Source of the DNA: Mycobacterium leprae TN
GTDB taxonomy: Bacteria > Actinomycetota > Actinomycetes > Mycobacteriales > Mycobacteriaceae
DNA: 32,000 nt
Reading direction: 5' to 3'
Assembly: GCF_000195855.1 (NCBI RefSeq)
Contig: NC_002677.1
Coordinates: 3,000,001-3,032,000, forward strand
Below, one piece after another: positions 10,276 to 20,435 of this stretch. Within the stretch, counting starts at the first letter, position 1. Each line of letters opens with the position of its first letter. The notes under the pieces are model-generated. The model was not told where the DNA came from. It worked only from the letters and a program-made list of their open reading frames with translations, and ran no database searches. The position numbers and the translations under genes were made by a program.

Positions 10276-11699
10276 GGGGTGGTACCCTCTCGGCGACGCG
10301 CAGCAATCGTGGCAGTCCCGACTACGGCCGCGACCACCATAACCAATGTGGCAGTCCCGGCAAATGCAACGTTTCGCGGCGTGTTGTCCTTCGGTGCTGG
10401 CGGCGGCGGTACAGTAACCAGCTTTACTGGGACTGGCGGCGAGTCGTTGGTTGCGGGCAGGTCCCAGGTCAGTGCTGCCACAGAATCCAAAGTACCGGAG
10501 CCAACGACGTTGGAGAGCGTCCGGGCACCGGTGTGCGCAGTCGCGGTTATACGGCGCATCACCTGTTTAGCGGTCAGTTCCGGATATTTGCTGCGAACTA
10601 ACGCCGCGACTCCCGAGACGTAGCCGGCAGCATAGCTGGTGCCGTTCAGCGCGATCTGTTGGTCCCGATCGTTAGGCAGGGCGTTAGCCAGATCTCCACT
10701 GTCACGGTTGCTCACCGAAACAATATTTTCGCCCGGCGCCGCAATACCCACCCACGGCCCGGCCATAGTGAATTTCGATGGCCGCCCACTCGGTGTCAGC
10801 GACGCCACCGATAGCACGTATGGCTGCCACCACGACGGAATGGAGACCGAGGTGACGCTCGCCCAGTTCCGCGGATCGTCCGGGCGGCCCAGGTCAGTGA
10901 GTGGGTTGGACTCGCAGTTCATGTTACCACCAACCGTTCCGGTCGACCCGGCATTGCCCGCCGGAGCCACGAGCAGGGCATCCTTGTCCACTGCCGCATA
11001 GCGGATCGCAGCACCAAGCCCGGACTGGTCAATGGACCGATCGGCGGGCAAGCAAGTTATCGCAGAGATGTTAATCACCCGCGCACCGAGGTCTGCAGCA
11101 TGTACAATAGCTCGGCTGAGCCTGGTCACCTCGAGGGACGCCTGCTTAAGCTGTGGATCGCCACCTAGCGATCGCAGTGAGAACTTGGCGGAGGTCACCC
11201 GGATGGACAGCAATCGCGCCGCGGGTGCGACACCCGAAAAACCGTCCTCACCAGAAGGAGCGGGTTGGCCGGCGACTATCCCAGCGACCAGGGTTCCGTG
11301 CCCGTCGCAATCGGTCAAGCCGTCGCTCGATTCCACATAGTCGCCGCCGGCCTCGACGTTGGGCAGTCGCGGTCCTGGCCGTACCCCAGTATCGACGATC
11401 GCCACCAATTGACCCTCGCCGCGGGAAAACTGCCAGGCTGCAGGAAGATTCAGCATCGATTGACTGGATGTGACGATACCTAGATCGGTGCCGGGGATGA
11501 CTCCGGAAGTGATACATGAGCCGCGTTGTTGCATTATCTGCACGGGTCCCGGTGCGCCGTTCGGCGGTGGTACACCTGGATCGACTACCGGCGGACTGAT
11601 TGCGAGTGCCCACGGACAGCCTCGCAACAATGTTGCTTGGAAGACGACCAGAGTCGTTGCGATACCGGCTAGCCCAATTCGAAGTTCAGACCGCATCAT
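10272..11699 (-). CDS. mycP3: Mycosin-3, the subtilisin-like serine protease of ESX-3
   Basis: 475-codon ORF with an N-terminal signal sequence. Subtilase triad motifs are VAIVDTGV (Asp), CDGHGTLVAG (His) and NGTSYAAGYVSG (Ser). The C-terminal TM anchor is AFAGTATLVMVVAAVVGTATIAARRRE. It is near-colinear with M. tuberculosis MycP3 as recalled. Confidence 0.95.
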   Translation of the reverse strand: MMRSELRIGLAGIATTLVVFQATLLRGCPWALAISPPVVDPGVPPPNGAPGPVQIMQQRGSCITSGVIPGTDLGIVTSSQSMLNLPAAWQFSRGEGQLVAIVDTGVRPGPRLPNVEAGGDYVESSDGLTDCDGHGTLVAGIVAGQPAPSGEDGFSGVAPAARLLSIRVTSAKFSLRSLGGDPQLKQASLEVTRLSRAIVHAADLGARVINISAITCLPADRSIDQSGLGAAIRYAAVDKDALLVAPAGNAGSTGTVGGNMNCESNPLTDLGRPDDPRNWASVTSVSIPSWWQPYVLSVASLTPSGRPSKFTMAGPWVGIAAPGENIVSVSNRDSGDLANALPNDRDQQIALNGTSYAAGYVSGVAALVRSKYPELTAKQVMRRITATAHTGARTLSNVVGSGTLDSVAALTWDLPATNDSPPVPVKLVTVPPPPAPKDNTPRNVAFAGTATLVMVVAAVVGTATIAARRREGTTP

Positions 11700-11709
11700 C
11701 GATACCGCA

Positions 11710-13110
11710 TCATCGATTGAGTACCCAGCTGAAAAGACTAACCAGATAGGCCATGGCGGGGATCAGTGAAGCATCAAGACCGGAGGCGACCATGCCAAGC
11801 AGACGGCGCAATGGCAGCGAATAGCTATCCGACGAGGCGATCCGCGGGTTGAGTGCGACCACCGCCCATGCCAACACAACCACGACAAGCACCAGCAGCG
11901 CAGCGGAAGCAGCGACGTAACGTCCCGTAGCGGTGTAAAGCCCCAGCAGCACGCTGGCGACCAAATACGGCTGGGCAAGCAACCAGGCTTTACAGGCGAC
12001 CGAATCCCACACCCGGGCACGCAGTGTAGCGGCAACCGCGGTTGCGGCTACCAAGTACCAGCCCACACTGCTCACCGCCTCAGGACGCAATGCGATCGCC
12101 ACCGAGCCTAGCATGCTGAGCAACGTGGCGGCGGCGATAAAACCGCTCTGATGAGCAGAGCTGATGCGCACCCGACGCGGCAAGTCCTCAAGCACCTGAA
12201 ACGACGGCGCCGACGGGGTCGGATCACCCGGTGCCGGGATCACAGGCAATGGGAACCGCGCCCACAATGCGGAGAGCTGAGCCGCCTCGACAGTAACCAG
12301 CAAAGCAGCCAGAATCAAGCCACAGCCAATGGTCAATGGCGTTAGCTGCCAGAGCAATGCAGCGCCGGCCTCCAGCATCACAGCAACCCCGATCACCACA
12401 GTAGCAGTGAAAAAGGCAACGATCCGCACGCGTTCAGGACCAGGAACGATCAGAGCAATTAGCGACCACGCGGTAACGCCGGCGGAGGCTAACAACACCT
12501 GCGCTGGCCCGAATATGCCGGGTACCGCCAGCGCAAAGACGGCACCAATGGGTACCAGCGCTGCGATCGACAGTACCAACCCAGTGCGCGCCGCACGTGA
12601 CCTAAGGACCAAACCACCCAATGCGATGAGCACCGCGATCACAATGACCACGAGCAATCCGGTCAACGCACCGGTGACTGCCCGATAGGTGACACCCAGC
12701 CCAGTTGCCGCAAAGGTCACAGCGGTCGTCGCGGCCAGGGCCCCGCGTCGAATATGCGTCGGGCCCCACGACTGTAGCCGGGCTGTCGAGAAGATCATCG
12801 CGGCATCGGCGATATCCTCGACAATACCGGGCGCCGCCGGACCGACTGGCACCGGCTGCAATGCGAGCAGATCACCGTCGACGACTCCAACGGTGTCCAG
12901 GCTGGCATCCAGGCTGAATGGTGCTCCACCGATGGGAGCCAGGCTCAGGTGCAAACTCGCGTTGGCAGCCAGCGGAGAATCATTATCCGACGCTGCAGGA
13001 ACCACCAAACGCTTTACCGCGGGAAGGATTTCGCGCAACGGCAATTCGGTGGGCAGAGCCATTTCTATCAACCGGCTGTCCGCGAGAATGGCGACGCGGA
13101 CTATCGGCAT
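11710..13110 (-). CDS. eccD3: ESX-3 channel component EccD3
   Basis: The N-terminal soluble domain MPIVRVAILADSRLIEMALPTELPLREILPAV is followed by about 11 hydrophobic segments. I place the start at ATG 13110 by homology to the MPIVRVAIL start of M. tuberculosis EccD3. The ORF track extends to 13167. Confidence 0.9.
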   Translation of the reverse strand: MPIVRVAILADSRLIEMALPTELPLREILPAVKRLVVPAASDNDSPLAANASLHLSLAPIGGAPFSLDASLDTVGVVDGDLLALQPVPVGPAAPGIVEDIADAAMIFSTARLQSWGPTHIRRGALAATTAVTFAATGLGVTYRAVTGALTGLLVVIVIAVLIALGGLVLRSRAARTGLVLSIAALVPIGAVFALAVPGIFGPAQVLLASAGVTAWSLIALIVPGPERVRIVAFFTATVVIGVAVMLEAGAALLWQLTPLTIGCGLILAALLVTVEAAQLSALWARFPLPVIPAPGDPTPSAPSFQVLEDLPRRVRISSAHQSGFIAAATLLSMLGSVAIALRPEAVSSVGWYLVAATAVAATLRARVWDSVACKAWLLAQPYLVASVLLGLYTATGRYVAASAALLVLVVVVLAWAVVALNPRIASSDSYSLPLRRLLGMVASGLDASLIPAMAYLVSLFSWVLNR

Positions 13111-13308
13111 GACGGCACCGGACGTCACCGGGCCCTCGCAAAATTCTTCTGCAAAGACGTACACCATACTTGGTACATCGTTTTCTCTCTATCTATGACG
13201 ACCGCATCGCCTGCACGGCCATGGTTTTCACTACTACTACGCTGTGTCACCCGACTGTTTTGAATCGCCGATCGCCTGCTCGGACTTGCGGCCCGCGTCG
13301 TAGTCTGG

Positions 13309-14178
13309 CTATGAAGTTTGGCCAGAGAAATCTCGACACAGTCGCTGGCCGGGGAACCATTGGCCCTCTGGCAAAGTGGCTGTTAGCTGTTCGATTCCGA
13401 CAGCGATGGCAAAGGGAGTCCCTGGGCTGAACGTGGACACCCACTCGCCGTCGAATGCGCGGGACGGATTGACCAGCACTCGGCCCGTGGTGGTGTCAAC
13501 GATACTCATCCCGACCTCGGTGGTAGCGTGCTTCCCGTCGCGGCGGCAGCCGGCGACTATCTCGACGTAGCTCCGAGGACCGGAGAACACCGATTCCACC
13601 ACCGGCTGCGCCGATTTAGGAATACCCAGGTAATCAGCGACTTCCGCTAACGAAGTGCCGGACCGCAATCGTTCGTCGGCCCGAACGCCGACCCGCATCG
13701 GCATGCTGAACTCGTCAAAGCGCGCCGGTGGCCGCTGCGCCAAGCCGGCGCCGAGAATCGGCACCAGCCTGAGCGGATCATCGATATCCATTGCGGTAAA
13801 CGTGATCAACTGCGCACTGCGCAGCGCGACCACGGTTTTGTCACTGACGCCAGCGCGCTGCGCAACCATGCCACGTAGCAGCTCGCTGTCGCCAACGGCC
13901 GACGTTGACCTTAAGTAACGGAGGTCGAGCCATCGATCAGGGAAACACACCACCCTGATCCAATCAGCGACTGTCGGATCGACGGAGTTTTCTGCCACCA
14001 ACAGACCCATCCGTGTCAGTTCGTCCACCTGACGTTCGACGAAGGCGCTCCGTTCCCCAGCGTCGCGATATGGGGTGGTAATAGCCAGAACCCACGGGAA
14101 GCTACCCGCTCCAATGACTTCCGCAATGAACCACGCGTGATCGACCGTCAACTCAACGGCGTTGGGATCGACCTTCAT
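13309..14178 (-). CDS. espG3: ESX-3 specific PE/PPE chaperone EspG3
   Basis: [39 protein letters not shown]... is colinear with M. tuberculosis EspG3 to the C-terminus (...[18 protein letters not shown]). ATG 14178 lies 10 nt after the esxH stop. The ORF-track extension to 14280 would overlap esxH. Confidence 0.9.
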   Translation of the reverse strand: MKVDPNAVELTVDHAWFIAEVIGAGSFPWVLAITTPYRDAGERSAFVERQVDELTRMGLLVAENSVDPTVADWIRVVCFPDRWLDLRYLRSTSAVGDSELLRGMVAQRAGVSDKTVVALRSAQLITFTAMDIDDPLRLVPILGAGLAQRPPARFDEFSMPMRVGVRADERLRSGTSLAEVADYLGIPKSAQPVVESVFSGPRSYVEIVAGCRRDGKHATTEVGMSIVDTTTGRVLVNPSRAFDGEWVSTFSPGTPFAIAVGIEQLTATLPEGQWFPGQRLCRDFSGQTS

Positions 14179-14188
14179 GACCGCACGA

Positions 14189-14479
14189 TTAGCCGCCCCA
14201 TTTGGCGGCTTCAGCTTGGTCGCGGGTGAGCATAGCCAAAGTGTTGTTTTGGTGAGTGTTGGCCATTGCATGGTAGGCACGCACCATCTCTTCCGTGGCC
14301 TGGTTCCACTGCACCTGCCAGGCCTGATAACTAATCCCAGTATCGCCCCCCCAGCAAGCTTGCAACGCAGCTTGCTCGGCAGCGATGTCGATGCCCACCC
14401 CCTGCAAAGCGCCGGCGCAGGCTGACATATTCCCGGCGTGGTCCAACATTGCCGGGTAGTTGTACATAATCTGTGTCAT
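14189..14479 (-). CDS. esxH: ESAT-6-like protein EsxH (TB10.4 orthologue)
   Basis: 96 aa: [18 protein letters not shown]...AEAAKWGG. The WxG motif is W43-G44-G45. His14/His70/His76 are present. A GAAAGGA ribosome-binding site lies upstream. Confidence 0.95.
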   Translation of the reverse strand: MTQIMYNYPAMLDHAGNMSACAGALQGVGIDIAAEQAALQACWGGDTGISYQAWQVQWNQATEEMVRAYHAMANTHQNNTLAMLTRDQAEAAKWGG

Positions 14480-14517
14480 AACAAATCCTTTCGGTTATTT
14501 TTAGTCTAGTAGTCGGA

Positions 14518-14814
14518 TCACAGCCCGGTGGTGTAAGTCGACGCAGCCGTAGCATCGGTGGCCACATACGTCTCTGCTGCCTCACCCAAATGCTGCTGCG
14601 CAATATCGAGCAGAGCGTTGATTTTCTCTGCCGCGGTGACAAACTGAGCATGCGCGGACTGAAATGCTGCGGAGCTCTCCCCCTGGTGAAACGCCTGAGC
14701 CGAGATCGCCTCACACTCAGCCTGATTAATCTGGCTGCGCATCAACGCAGCCTTGGCAGCGAACGCCGACTCCGAGGCGACCAGTTGTGGGATATGAACA
14801 TCCAAAAGACTCAC
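14518..14814 (-). CDS. esxG: ESAT-6-like protein EsxG
   Basis: 98 aa: MSLLDVHIPQLVASESAFAAKAALMR... from a GTG start. HQG replaces WxG, as in M. tuberculosis EsxG. The C-terminal YVATD matches the YxxxD/E secretion motif. A GAAAGGA ribosome-binding site lies upstream. Confidence 0.95.
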   Translation of the reverse strand: MSLLDVHIPQLVASESAFAAKAALMRSQINQAECEAISAQAFHQGESSAAFQSAHAQFVTAAEKINALLDIAQQHLGEAAETYVATDATAASTYTTGL

Positions 14815-14843
14815 AACAATTATATCCTTTCATATTTCGATTA
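14815..14843 (-). promoter_or_regulatory. Candidate internal promoter / translation-initiation region for esxG-esxH
   Basis: The operon strand reads taatcgaaatatGAAAGGATATAATtgttGTG. A perfect TATAAT (14824-14819) sits 4 nt before the esxG GTG and overlaps the GAAAGGA Shine-Dalgarno-like element. No convincing -35 is present. Confidence 0.25.
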
Positions 14844-15041
14844 CTAACGAACACATAGTGAAATTGCGTTATTAACTTTCCGAGCCTCCTCTCCCCAACC
14901 CATTGTGTTGGCTTGGCTGAGCTTGGCAAGATCTCCCGGATCTTGACCCCAGGTATCCAACACCCTCAGCACTTGTGAGCCGCCACCGAACTCATCGCCA
15001 ACTAGCATGGACAACCCACAACACGCTTAATCATTGGGCAC
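14844..15041 (-). pseudogene. PPE4: Detached C-terminal remnant of PPE4
   Basis: This is the same reading frame as the 15042-16100 ORF. After TAG (15044-15042) and TAA (15029-15027) it continues MLVGDEFGGGSQVLRVLDTWGQDPGDLAKLSQANTMGWGEEARKV... to TAG 14846-14844. That resembles the C-terminal tail of M. tuberculosis PPE4 ([21 protein letters not shown], from memory). Confidence 0.5.
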
Positions 15042-16100
15042 CTAGGCAGGCTTCTTTGTGTACGGTCCCGGCAAATCCGAACGCCCGAGCACTCTAGCCG
15101 GACACCACTGCGTGGCAATCGAACATAACTCCGATATTGGCATCCAGAAGTACCCTGTAGAACACACATATTCAGCCAATCGCCAGGACGTTGCTAGCCA
15201 CATAAACTGCCCCGCCGCAGCAGCGACGACTGGGGGCGCCGCCCCGACGGCCGGATCTGCAAATACTGCAATCTGGGTGGGCAGCCAAGCCAATGATGCA
15301 AATAAGCCCAGACTGCTAGCCAGCGGTACCGTGAATGGCGAACTCAAGATAAGAGCCCAGGTCGTCCAGCCTATAGCGTTAAAGAACAACTGGTAGACGA
15401 CCGCAGACAACAGCAGAACGTATGTCACCAACGCAGCTTCCGAATTGGTCAAGAATGCTTCAATTATCGCTACGGTTTTGGCAATCAGATTCTTCAAAAA
15501 CTCATAGATGTCTTGATATATCCATAGAGACAAGTTCATGTATGCGTTCCACCGTGCTTGGGGAAGCTGCCAGATCCACGACACAGGATCGTTGGCTGTG
15601 GCGCTGACGACTTCCCCGACTCCGGGATTCAGCACGACCGACGCCGAGATGATGCGCGGAGCCGACGCCAGCACTGCCACGATGGCCACCTGATAGGTGG
15701 CCATCGTGGCAGTGGCTTGGACCCACATCCGCGGATAGTCGGCATCATTGAGCGCGATCGGGATCGCATTGACCCCAAAAAATTTCGCCGACACCAATAC
15801 CCCACGGATGATGCGGTTGACAGCCAATTCAACTAACATCGGCATCACCGCTACCGCACTGGTGCATACTGCTGATGCGGTTTTTTCATGCTGGGTAGTC
15901 AATCCCACAGCCGCCTGGGCGGGGTACCCTGGAACCGATACTGCTAAGAACGCATTGGGATCTGCTGCAAACGGGCTGTATGCAGTACTTAGCTTGCTCC
16001 ATGCGGCGGCCGTGGCCAGCAGTAGTCCCGGCCCGGCGCCAGAGCTTAGCGAAACCGAATGCACCGCCGGCGGCGAGGTCATCCAGACAGTTGCACTCAT
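15042..16100 (-). CDS. PPE4: PPE family protein (PPE4 orthologue), truncated and probably degenerate
   Basis: The 352-codon ORF starts 2 nt after the PE stop: MSATVWMTSPPAVHSVSLSSGAGPG. The central block NRIIRGVLVSAKFFGVNAIPIALNDADYPRMWVQATATMATYQ is typical of the PPE domain. The PPE motif reads PPA (CCG CCG GCG, 16073-16065). The helix segment carrying the usual W-x-G...PY-x-x-WL is missing. The ORF ends prematurely (see finding). Confidence 0.65.
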   Translation of the reverse strand: MSATVWMTSPPAVHSVSLSSGAGPGLLLATAAAWSKLSTAYSPFAADPNAFLAVSVPGYPAQAAVGLTTQHEKTASAVCTSAVAVMPMLVELAVNRIIRGVLVSAKFFGVNAIPIALNDADYPRMWVQATATMATYQVAIVAVLASAPRIISASVVLNPGVGEVVSATANDPVSWIWQLPQARWNAYMNLSLWIYQDIYEFLKNLIAKTVAIIEAFLTNSEAALVTYVLLLSAVVYQLFFNAIGWTTWALILSSPFTVPLASSLGLFASLAWLPTQIAVFADPAVGAAPPVVAAAAGQFMWLATSWRLAEYVCSTGYFWMPISELCSIATQWCPARVLGRSDLPGPYTKKPA

Positions 16101-16102
16101 CG

Positions 16103-16411
16103 TCAGCTTTCCACGATCCCATAAGTTGAAGCTGCCAAGGCATCACTGATTGCATAGTGCGTACTGGATTGGCCTACACCGATACCGGCGCGGCCCAGCT
16201 CTTCAACACCTTGGGCTGCCACCAGAGCGTGCTCTTGACCACGAGCACTGAACCCGGCGGCGGTCTGCAACGACACCGGATCCGCCGCCGGCGGCACCAC
16301 CGCAACGAGGCATGGAAACGCGGCAGCATGCGCGGCCTCCAGCCGTGCCGTCAGCGCCTTCATCGCCTCACTGGTCGCGGCCAGCTTCTCAGGAACAACT
16401 CGCAATGTCAT
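16103..16411 (-). CDS. PE5: PE family protein (PE5 orthologue)
   Basis: MTLRVVPEKLAATSEAMKALTARLEAAHAAA...VVPPAADPVSLQTAAGFSARG. AAGGAG lies 8 nt upstream of ATG 16411, and the ORF-track GTG at 16420 falls inside that spacer. The C-terminal YAISD fits the YxxxD/E motif. Confidence 0.9.
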   Translation of the reverse strand: MTLRVVPEKLAATSEAMKALTARLEAAHAAAFPCLVAVVPPAADPVSLQTAAGFSARGQEHALVAAQGVEELGRAGIGVGQSSTHYAISDALAASTYGIVES

Positions 16412-16445
16412 GACTATCACTCCTTCTGTCGCGTTTTACCAATCA

Positions 16446-19400
16446 TCAGAGGAATCCACCATCGTTGACCCGTTCTGGTACCGACTCTCCGGCCAACGGG
16501 TTGACCAACTGTACATACGTCGGGCTATTGCTGTCGCTCAGCAGAATCGCCCGTCCGGCCGGCAATCGGCTAAATCGCTGGCCCCGGATCTTGCCACTGT
16601 CGGCCGGATTGCCCGCTAACATCAGCGTAGTTGCCTGCAGGTCGTTCAAGCGACGCAGCAGTTGGTTGGTCATCAGCGCGTGCCCCGATCCGGTGGCACG
16701 CCCTGTGACGATCACCCGCAGCCCCAAATCACCGGCCTGACCAAGCAGCCCGATGAGGTTGGTCCACGGCCGCTGTCCGATATATGGACCGCTCATCGCT
16801 GGTGAATCCGGCACCTGGTCGACGTCGTCGATGAGCAAGTAATGGATGTGGCCCGCAAATGCCCAGCGGGACAATTCCGCTGCCGACAAACCTACCGGTG
16901 GCCGGCGCGCTTCGATGAGATTGGCCAGCCCAAGCATCGCCGGGATGATCCTGTCGATGTTGGCGGTGTATTCATTGTCGGGAAATAGTGGCTCGTCCAC
17001 GAGGTGCAGCCGCCGATCCAGCACAATAAACGCTACCTGGTCGGGGGAAGAATGTTCGCGGATCGTGCGGATGATGTGGCGCAGCAGCGTGGTCTTACCA
17101 GATTTACTGTCGCCAAACACCATTAACAATGGATTGTTGGCAAAGTCAACAACAACCGGTGCCAGATCCTCTTCACGCTGGCCGATTACAACTTGTTCCG
17201 GGCCTCGATAGAGTGCACCAACAGCATCGGGCGCAAGGTTGGCGGGCAGCAACCGCACCGGTGGCGCAGCCACACCGGCGTGGCGAGCATTGATCACGGC
17301 AACCTGGTCTAGCTGCGGAGCAGCGAATAAAAAATGTTCGGCGGCCATAGTCAACCCGCGACCAGGCTGATCGTGCGGGACAGCGTCGGCCGGGCGACGT
17401 AGTGCACCAACCACGCGCACGTTGCTGTCCCGGGCATCGGGCAGCTTGAGCTCTAATCGCAAACCGAACCCGTCTCGCATCACCAGCGGCACCTCTAGCC
17501 AGCTCGAGGTAGTGATTATCACATGTATTCCGTATGCCAGTCCGACATTGACGAGCTCAGTTACCTTGGCCAGCAACGGGTTACGGGTATTGAACTGATC
17601 CGTATTGTCGCGCCCGAAAGCGTAGAGGTTGTCGATGACGAGAAAGACATCGCCGAAACAGTCATCTGGAGCCGAACCACTGGCCCGCTTGTCCCGGAAT
17701 ACCTCCCGCTGTTGCCGTGATAGCAGCAGCTGCTCAAGCTCACCAAAGGTACGACGGATTCGTTCGGGTTCTAGAGCCGACGCAACGCTACCGATGTGCA
17801 GCAGATCCTGAATCGCTCGCAACTGTCCTCCACCATAGTCCAAGCAGTAGAACGTCACATCACGCGGCGAATGCAGACTCGCTGCTGATAAGATAAATGT
17901 CTGCAACGCAGTCGATTTTCCGGATTTTGGACCGCCGTGGATCACCATATTACCGGCAGACGAGTTAGCATCAAACATCAAAAGGTCACGACGCATTTCA
18001 AAAGGCTTGTCAATCTCGCCGAGCGGCCAGCGCCACTGCCGTTGCGGCACTTCGGCACTGGCTAGTATCGCAGTCAGCTGGATCGACTCGTCAAGCGGTG
18101 GCAGCCATAGCTTCGGCGCCCGGGGCTCGTAGCGCGCCAACTGTTCGCCGATTGTCGCTATCAGCTTGCGCGGCGGGGCTACCGACTCATCCTCGTCTTC
18201 ACTGGAGATGACGATGGGGTGATCCGGCTCCACCACACCGGCAGTGAACAGCTTTGGTTCTGGAGTAACTTCCACCACCCGAACCTTGGTTGATCGTGGA
18301 GGCTCGTAGATACCGTCGACGTAGGTGCTGCGGAACTTAATCGGCGCTGCGCCCGGGGACGGTACCAAAAAGCCCATGCCCTTGTGTTCTTTTCCCGACT
18401 CGATGTGATAAGCGTCCTCCACACCGATGATCTGACGGGAAACGCTGGCATTGGCCACCTTCAACCCAATTCGGTATGAAGTATTCTTGTCGATGTCTTT
18501 GATTTTGCCGAAGTCCAACGTCTGAGAAGCGAATAAGATATGAATCCGGAACGAGCGGCCCTTGCGTGCAACGTAGTCGAACAGCTCCGCGTACTCCGGA
18601 TGATCGGCCAACATCAGGGTGAACTCGTCTGCAACCACAAATAGTGTTGGAATCGGCGGCAGATCGACTGCGCCGGCAGCTATTGCGTTCTCATATTCGA
18701 GCACCGAGTTGAACGCACTACCCTGAACCCGGCGGCCGGCCTCACGTAACAGCGTCTCCCGACGGGCCACCTCACCGCGAAGTGTATCAGCGAACCTTTC
18801 GGCCAGCGACTTCTTCTCAGCCATATTCGAGATCACCGCGACAACCTGTGGGAAATTTCGGAAGCTGTCGGCACCAGCCTCACCCTTGAAATCTGCATAG
18901 ATCACGATCAGCCGGTCTGCCGAGTGAGTTGTTAACAGCGACAACAGAATCGACATCAGAGTCTGCGACTTACCGGATCCTGTCATCCCGATCATCAGGC
19001 CGTGCGGACCCATACCGCCCTCGGCTTCGTCCTTGAGATCAAACATCAACGGCTCGCCGGTGCCTGTAACACCGATCGGTATGCGTAGCTCGTCGTCGCG
19101 GCGTCGAGGAGCCCACAGTGTGGTCACATCCAGCCGTGACGCATCCGGGATTCCCAGCAGCGTCGTGAAGCTGGCGCCGCGGGTGGCCGCAGAGCGCAAC
19201 CCGGCGTGTGTAGGGTTGGAGTCCCACCGTGACAGCTGGCGGGCCAGGTGGGCGGCCTCGTGGGCGCCAAGTCGGTCAGCGGTGTCGATGTAGGGCTGCC
19301 AGCCTCCGGTCTGCCAACGTTCGATGGTGCCACGCACAATACGCAGTATCGGCTGATCGGGATCCGAATACTGTTCGCGGTGCGGCGGTGTGGTAGAGCA

Positions 19401-20435
19401 ATGCACCACCGTAACCCCGGCGCGGCCCATCACCAAAGTTGAGGCATTTAAATCGTAGTCGGGTTCATCGATCACTATCATCAGGTGACGCAGCGCATCA
19501 ACCGACATGCCAGTGAACGCAGGGCGGTCGGTAAGCGCAGCTCCCAGCAGTGAGACCAGCTCGTCGGGGTCGGTCGATAAGTAACGCGCCGAGCCGACAC
19601 CATCAAGCTGACCGGGAATGTCGACGTGTGGCAACCATTTAAGCCAGGACCAATCGCTGCTCTCCAGATCGCGAGTGGCCAGCGCCACCCCAAGCAACGC
19701 CGGATCGTGCCAGGTCACTGCCTGAGCAATCCAAGCGCGCAACGCCGCACGCGCTTCATCCTTGGAGCTCTCAGTGTCAATAAATACCGTAATCCGCGAA
19801 ACTTTGCTCAGATCAATTCCGGTCGGCACGTCACGAACGATGCGGTGGACATCGAGCAGACTACGTAATGCGCTATACGACACCGGCTCCAGGTCAATCT
19901 CGTCCGCAGTGTCTTTGACCCGCAGCGCGGCGTCCAGCGGCACTTGGCGCCGCCCGACCCGCACAAGCAGGAAGTCGGAGTCATGCGGGTCTCGCTCCCA
20001 CTGACGGCGGGATCCGGGCACGCCTGCCAACGCCGTCGGCTCAGGGTGGGACCACTGTGCGGCCGCGCGCTGCTCAGCGGCCTGGTTCCGGATGTTGTCT
20101 CGGACCACCGACAAGTATCGCAGGTAATCAGCCCGTTCGGCGTCGACCTCCTCGGTGCTCATCTTGTTGTCGTTGCCGCGATAGAGCGCGGTCGCCGCCA
20201 ACAACATCACGAATGGAAAGAACAATGTCTGGGGGGAGATGATCCGCATCCCGGTGGCGACCATCGCGATGATCATGCCGACGATCAGGATCACGATCAT
20301 GTAGGGCATCGCACGCCGCAGGAGCGACGGCGGAATCACACGAGGCAATTCAGAAGGCGCCTCGATGAGGATGGTACCCTTGCGGCTACTGGGTGGCGGT
20401 AGCCGCCGACGAGCTTCGAAGATAAGTCGACTCAT
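16446..20435 (-). CDS. eccC3: ESX-3 FtsK/SpoIIIE-type ATPase EccC3 (single-polypeptide form)
   Basis: 1329 codons from ATG 20435, which overlaps the eccB3 TGA as ATGA. There are two N-terminal TM helices. The three P-loop modules carry Walker [21 protein letters not shown] and [10 protein letters not shown]. The ORF-track start at 20561 lies inside eccB3. Confidence 0.95.
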   Translation of the reverse strand: MSRLIFEARRRLPPPSSRKGTILIEAPSELPRVIPPSLLRRAMPYMIVILIVGMIIAMVATGMRIISPQTLFFPFVMLLAATALYRGNDNKMSTEEVDAERADYLRYLSVVRDNIRNQAAEQRAAAQWSHPEPTALAGVPGSRRQWERDPHDSDFLLVRVGRRQVPLDAALRVKDTADEIDLEPVSYSALRSLLDVHRIVRDVPTGIDLSKVSRITVFIDTESSKDEARAALRAWIAQAVTWHDPALLGVALATRDLESSDWSWLKWLPHVDIPGQLDGVGSARYLSTDPDELVSLLGAALTDRPAFTGMSVDALRHLMIVIDEPDYDLNASTLVMGRAGVTVVHCSTTPPHREQYSDPDQPILRIVRGTIERWQTGGWQPYIDTADRLGAHEAAHLARQLSRWDSNPTHAGLRSAATRGASFTTLLGIPDASRLDVTTLWAPRRRDDELRIPIGVTGTGEPLMFDLKDEAEGGMGPHGLMIGMTGSGKSQTLMSILLSLLTTHSADRLIVIYADFKGEAGADSFRNFPQVVAVISNMAEKKSLAERFADTLRGEVARRETLLREAGRRVQGSAFNSVLEYENAIAAGAVDLPPIPTLFVVADEFTLMLADHPEYAELFDYVARKGRSFRIHILFASQTLDFGKIKDIDKNTSYRIGLKVANASVSRQIIGVEDAYHIESGKEHKGMGFLVPSPGAAPIKFRSTYVDGIYEPPRSTKVRVVEVTPEPKLFTAGVVEPDHPIVISSEDEDESVAPPRKLIATIGEQLARYEPRAPKLWLPPLDESIQLTAILASAEVPQRQWRWPLGEIDKPFEMRRDLLMFDANSSAGNMVIHGGPKSGKSTALQTFILSAASLHSPRDVTFYCLDYGGGQLRAIQDLLHIGSVASALEPERIRRTFGELEQLLLSRQQREVFRDKRASGSAPDDCFGDVFLVIDNLYAFGRDNTDQFNTRNPLLAKVTELVNVGLAYGIHVIITTSSWLEVPLVMRDGFGLRLELKLPDARDSNVRVVGALRRPADAVPHDQPGRGLTMAAEHFLFAAPQLDQVAVINARHAGVAAPPVRLLPANLAPDAVGALYRGPEQVVIGQREEDLAPVVVDFANNPLLMVFGDSKSGKTTLLRHIIRTIREHSSPDQVAFIVLDRRLHLVDEPLFPDNEYTANIDRIIPAMLGLANLIEARRPPVGLSAAELSRWAFAGHIHYLLIDDVDQVPDSPAMSGPYIGQRPWTNLIGLLGQAGDLGLRVIVTGRATGSGHALMTNQLLRRLNDLQATTLMLAGNPADSGKIRGQRFSRLPAGRAILLSDSNSPTYVQLVNPLAGESVPERVNDGGFL

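Noticed and set aside
13385-13405. A tRNA T-loop-like string (gctgttcgattccgacagc).
   Set aside because: It lies inside espG3. The loop would be 9 nt rather than 7, and no acceptor, D or anticodon arms can be built around it. I saw no tRNA or rRNA signatures elsewhere.
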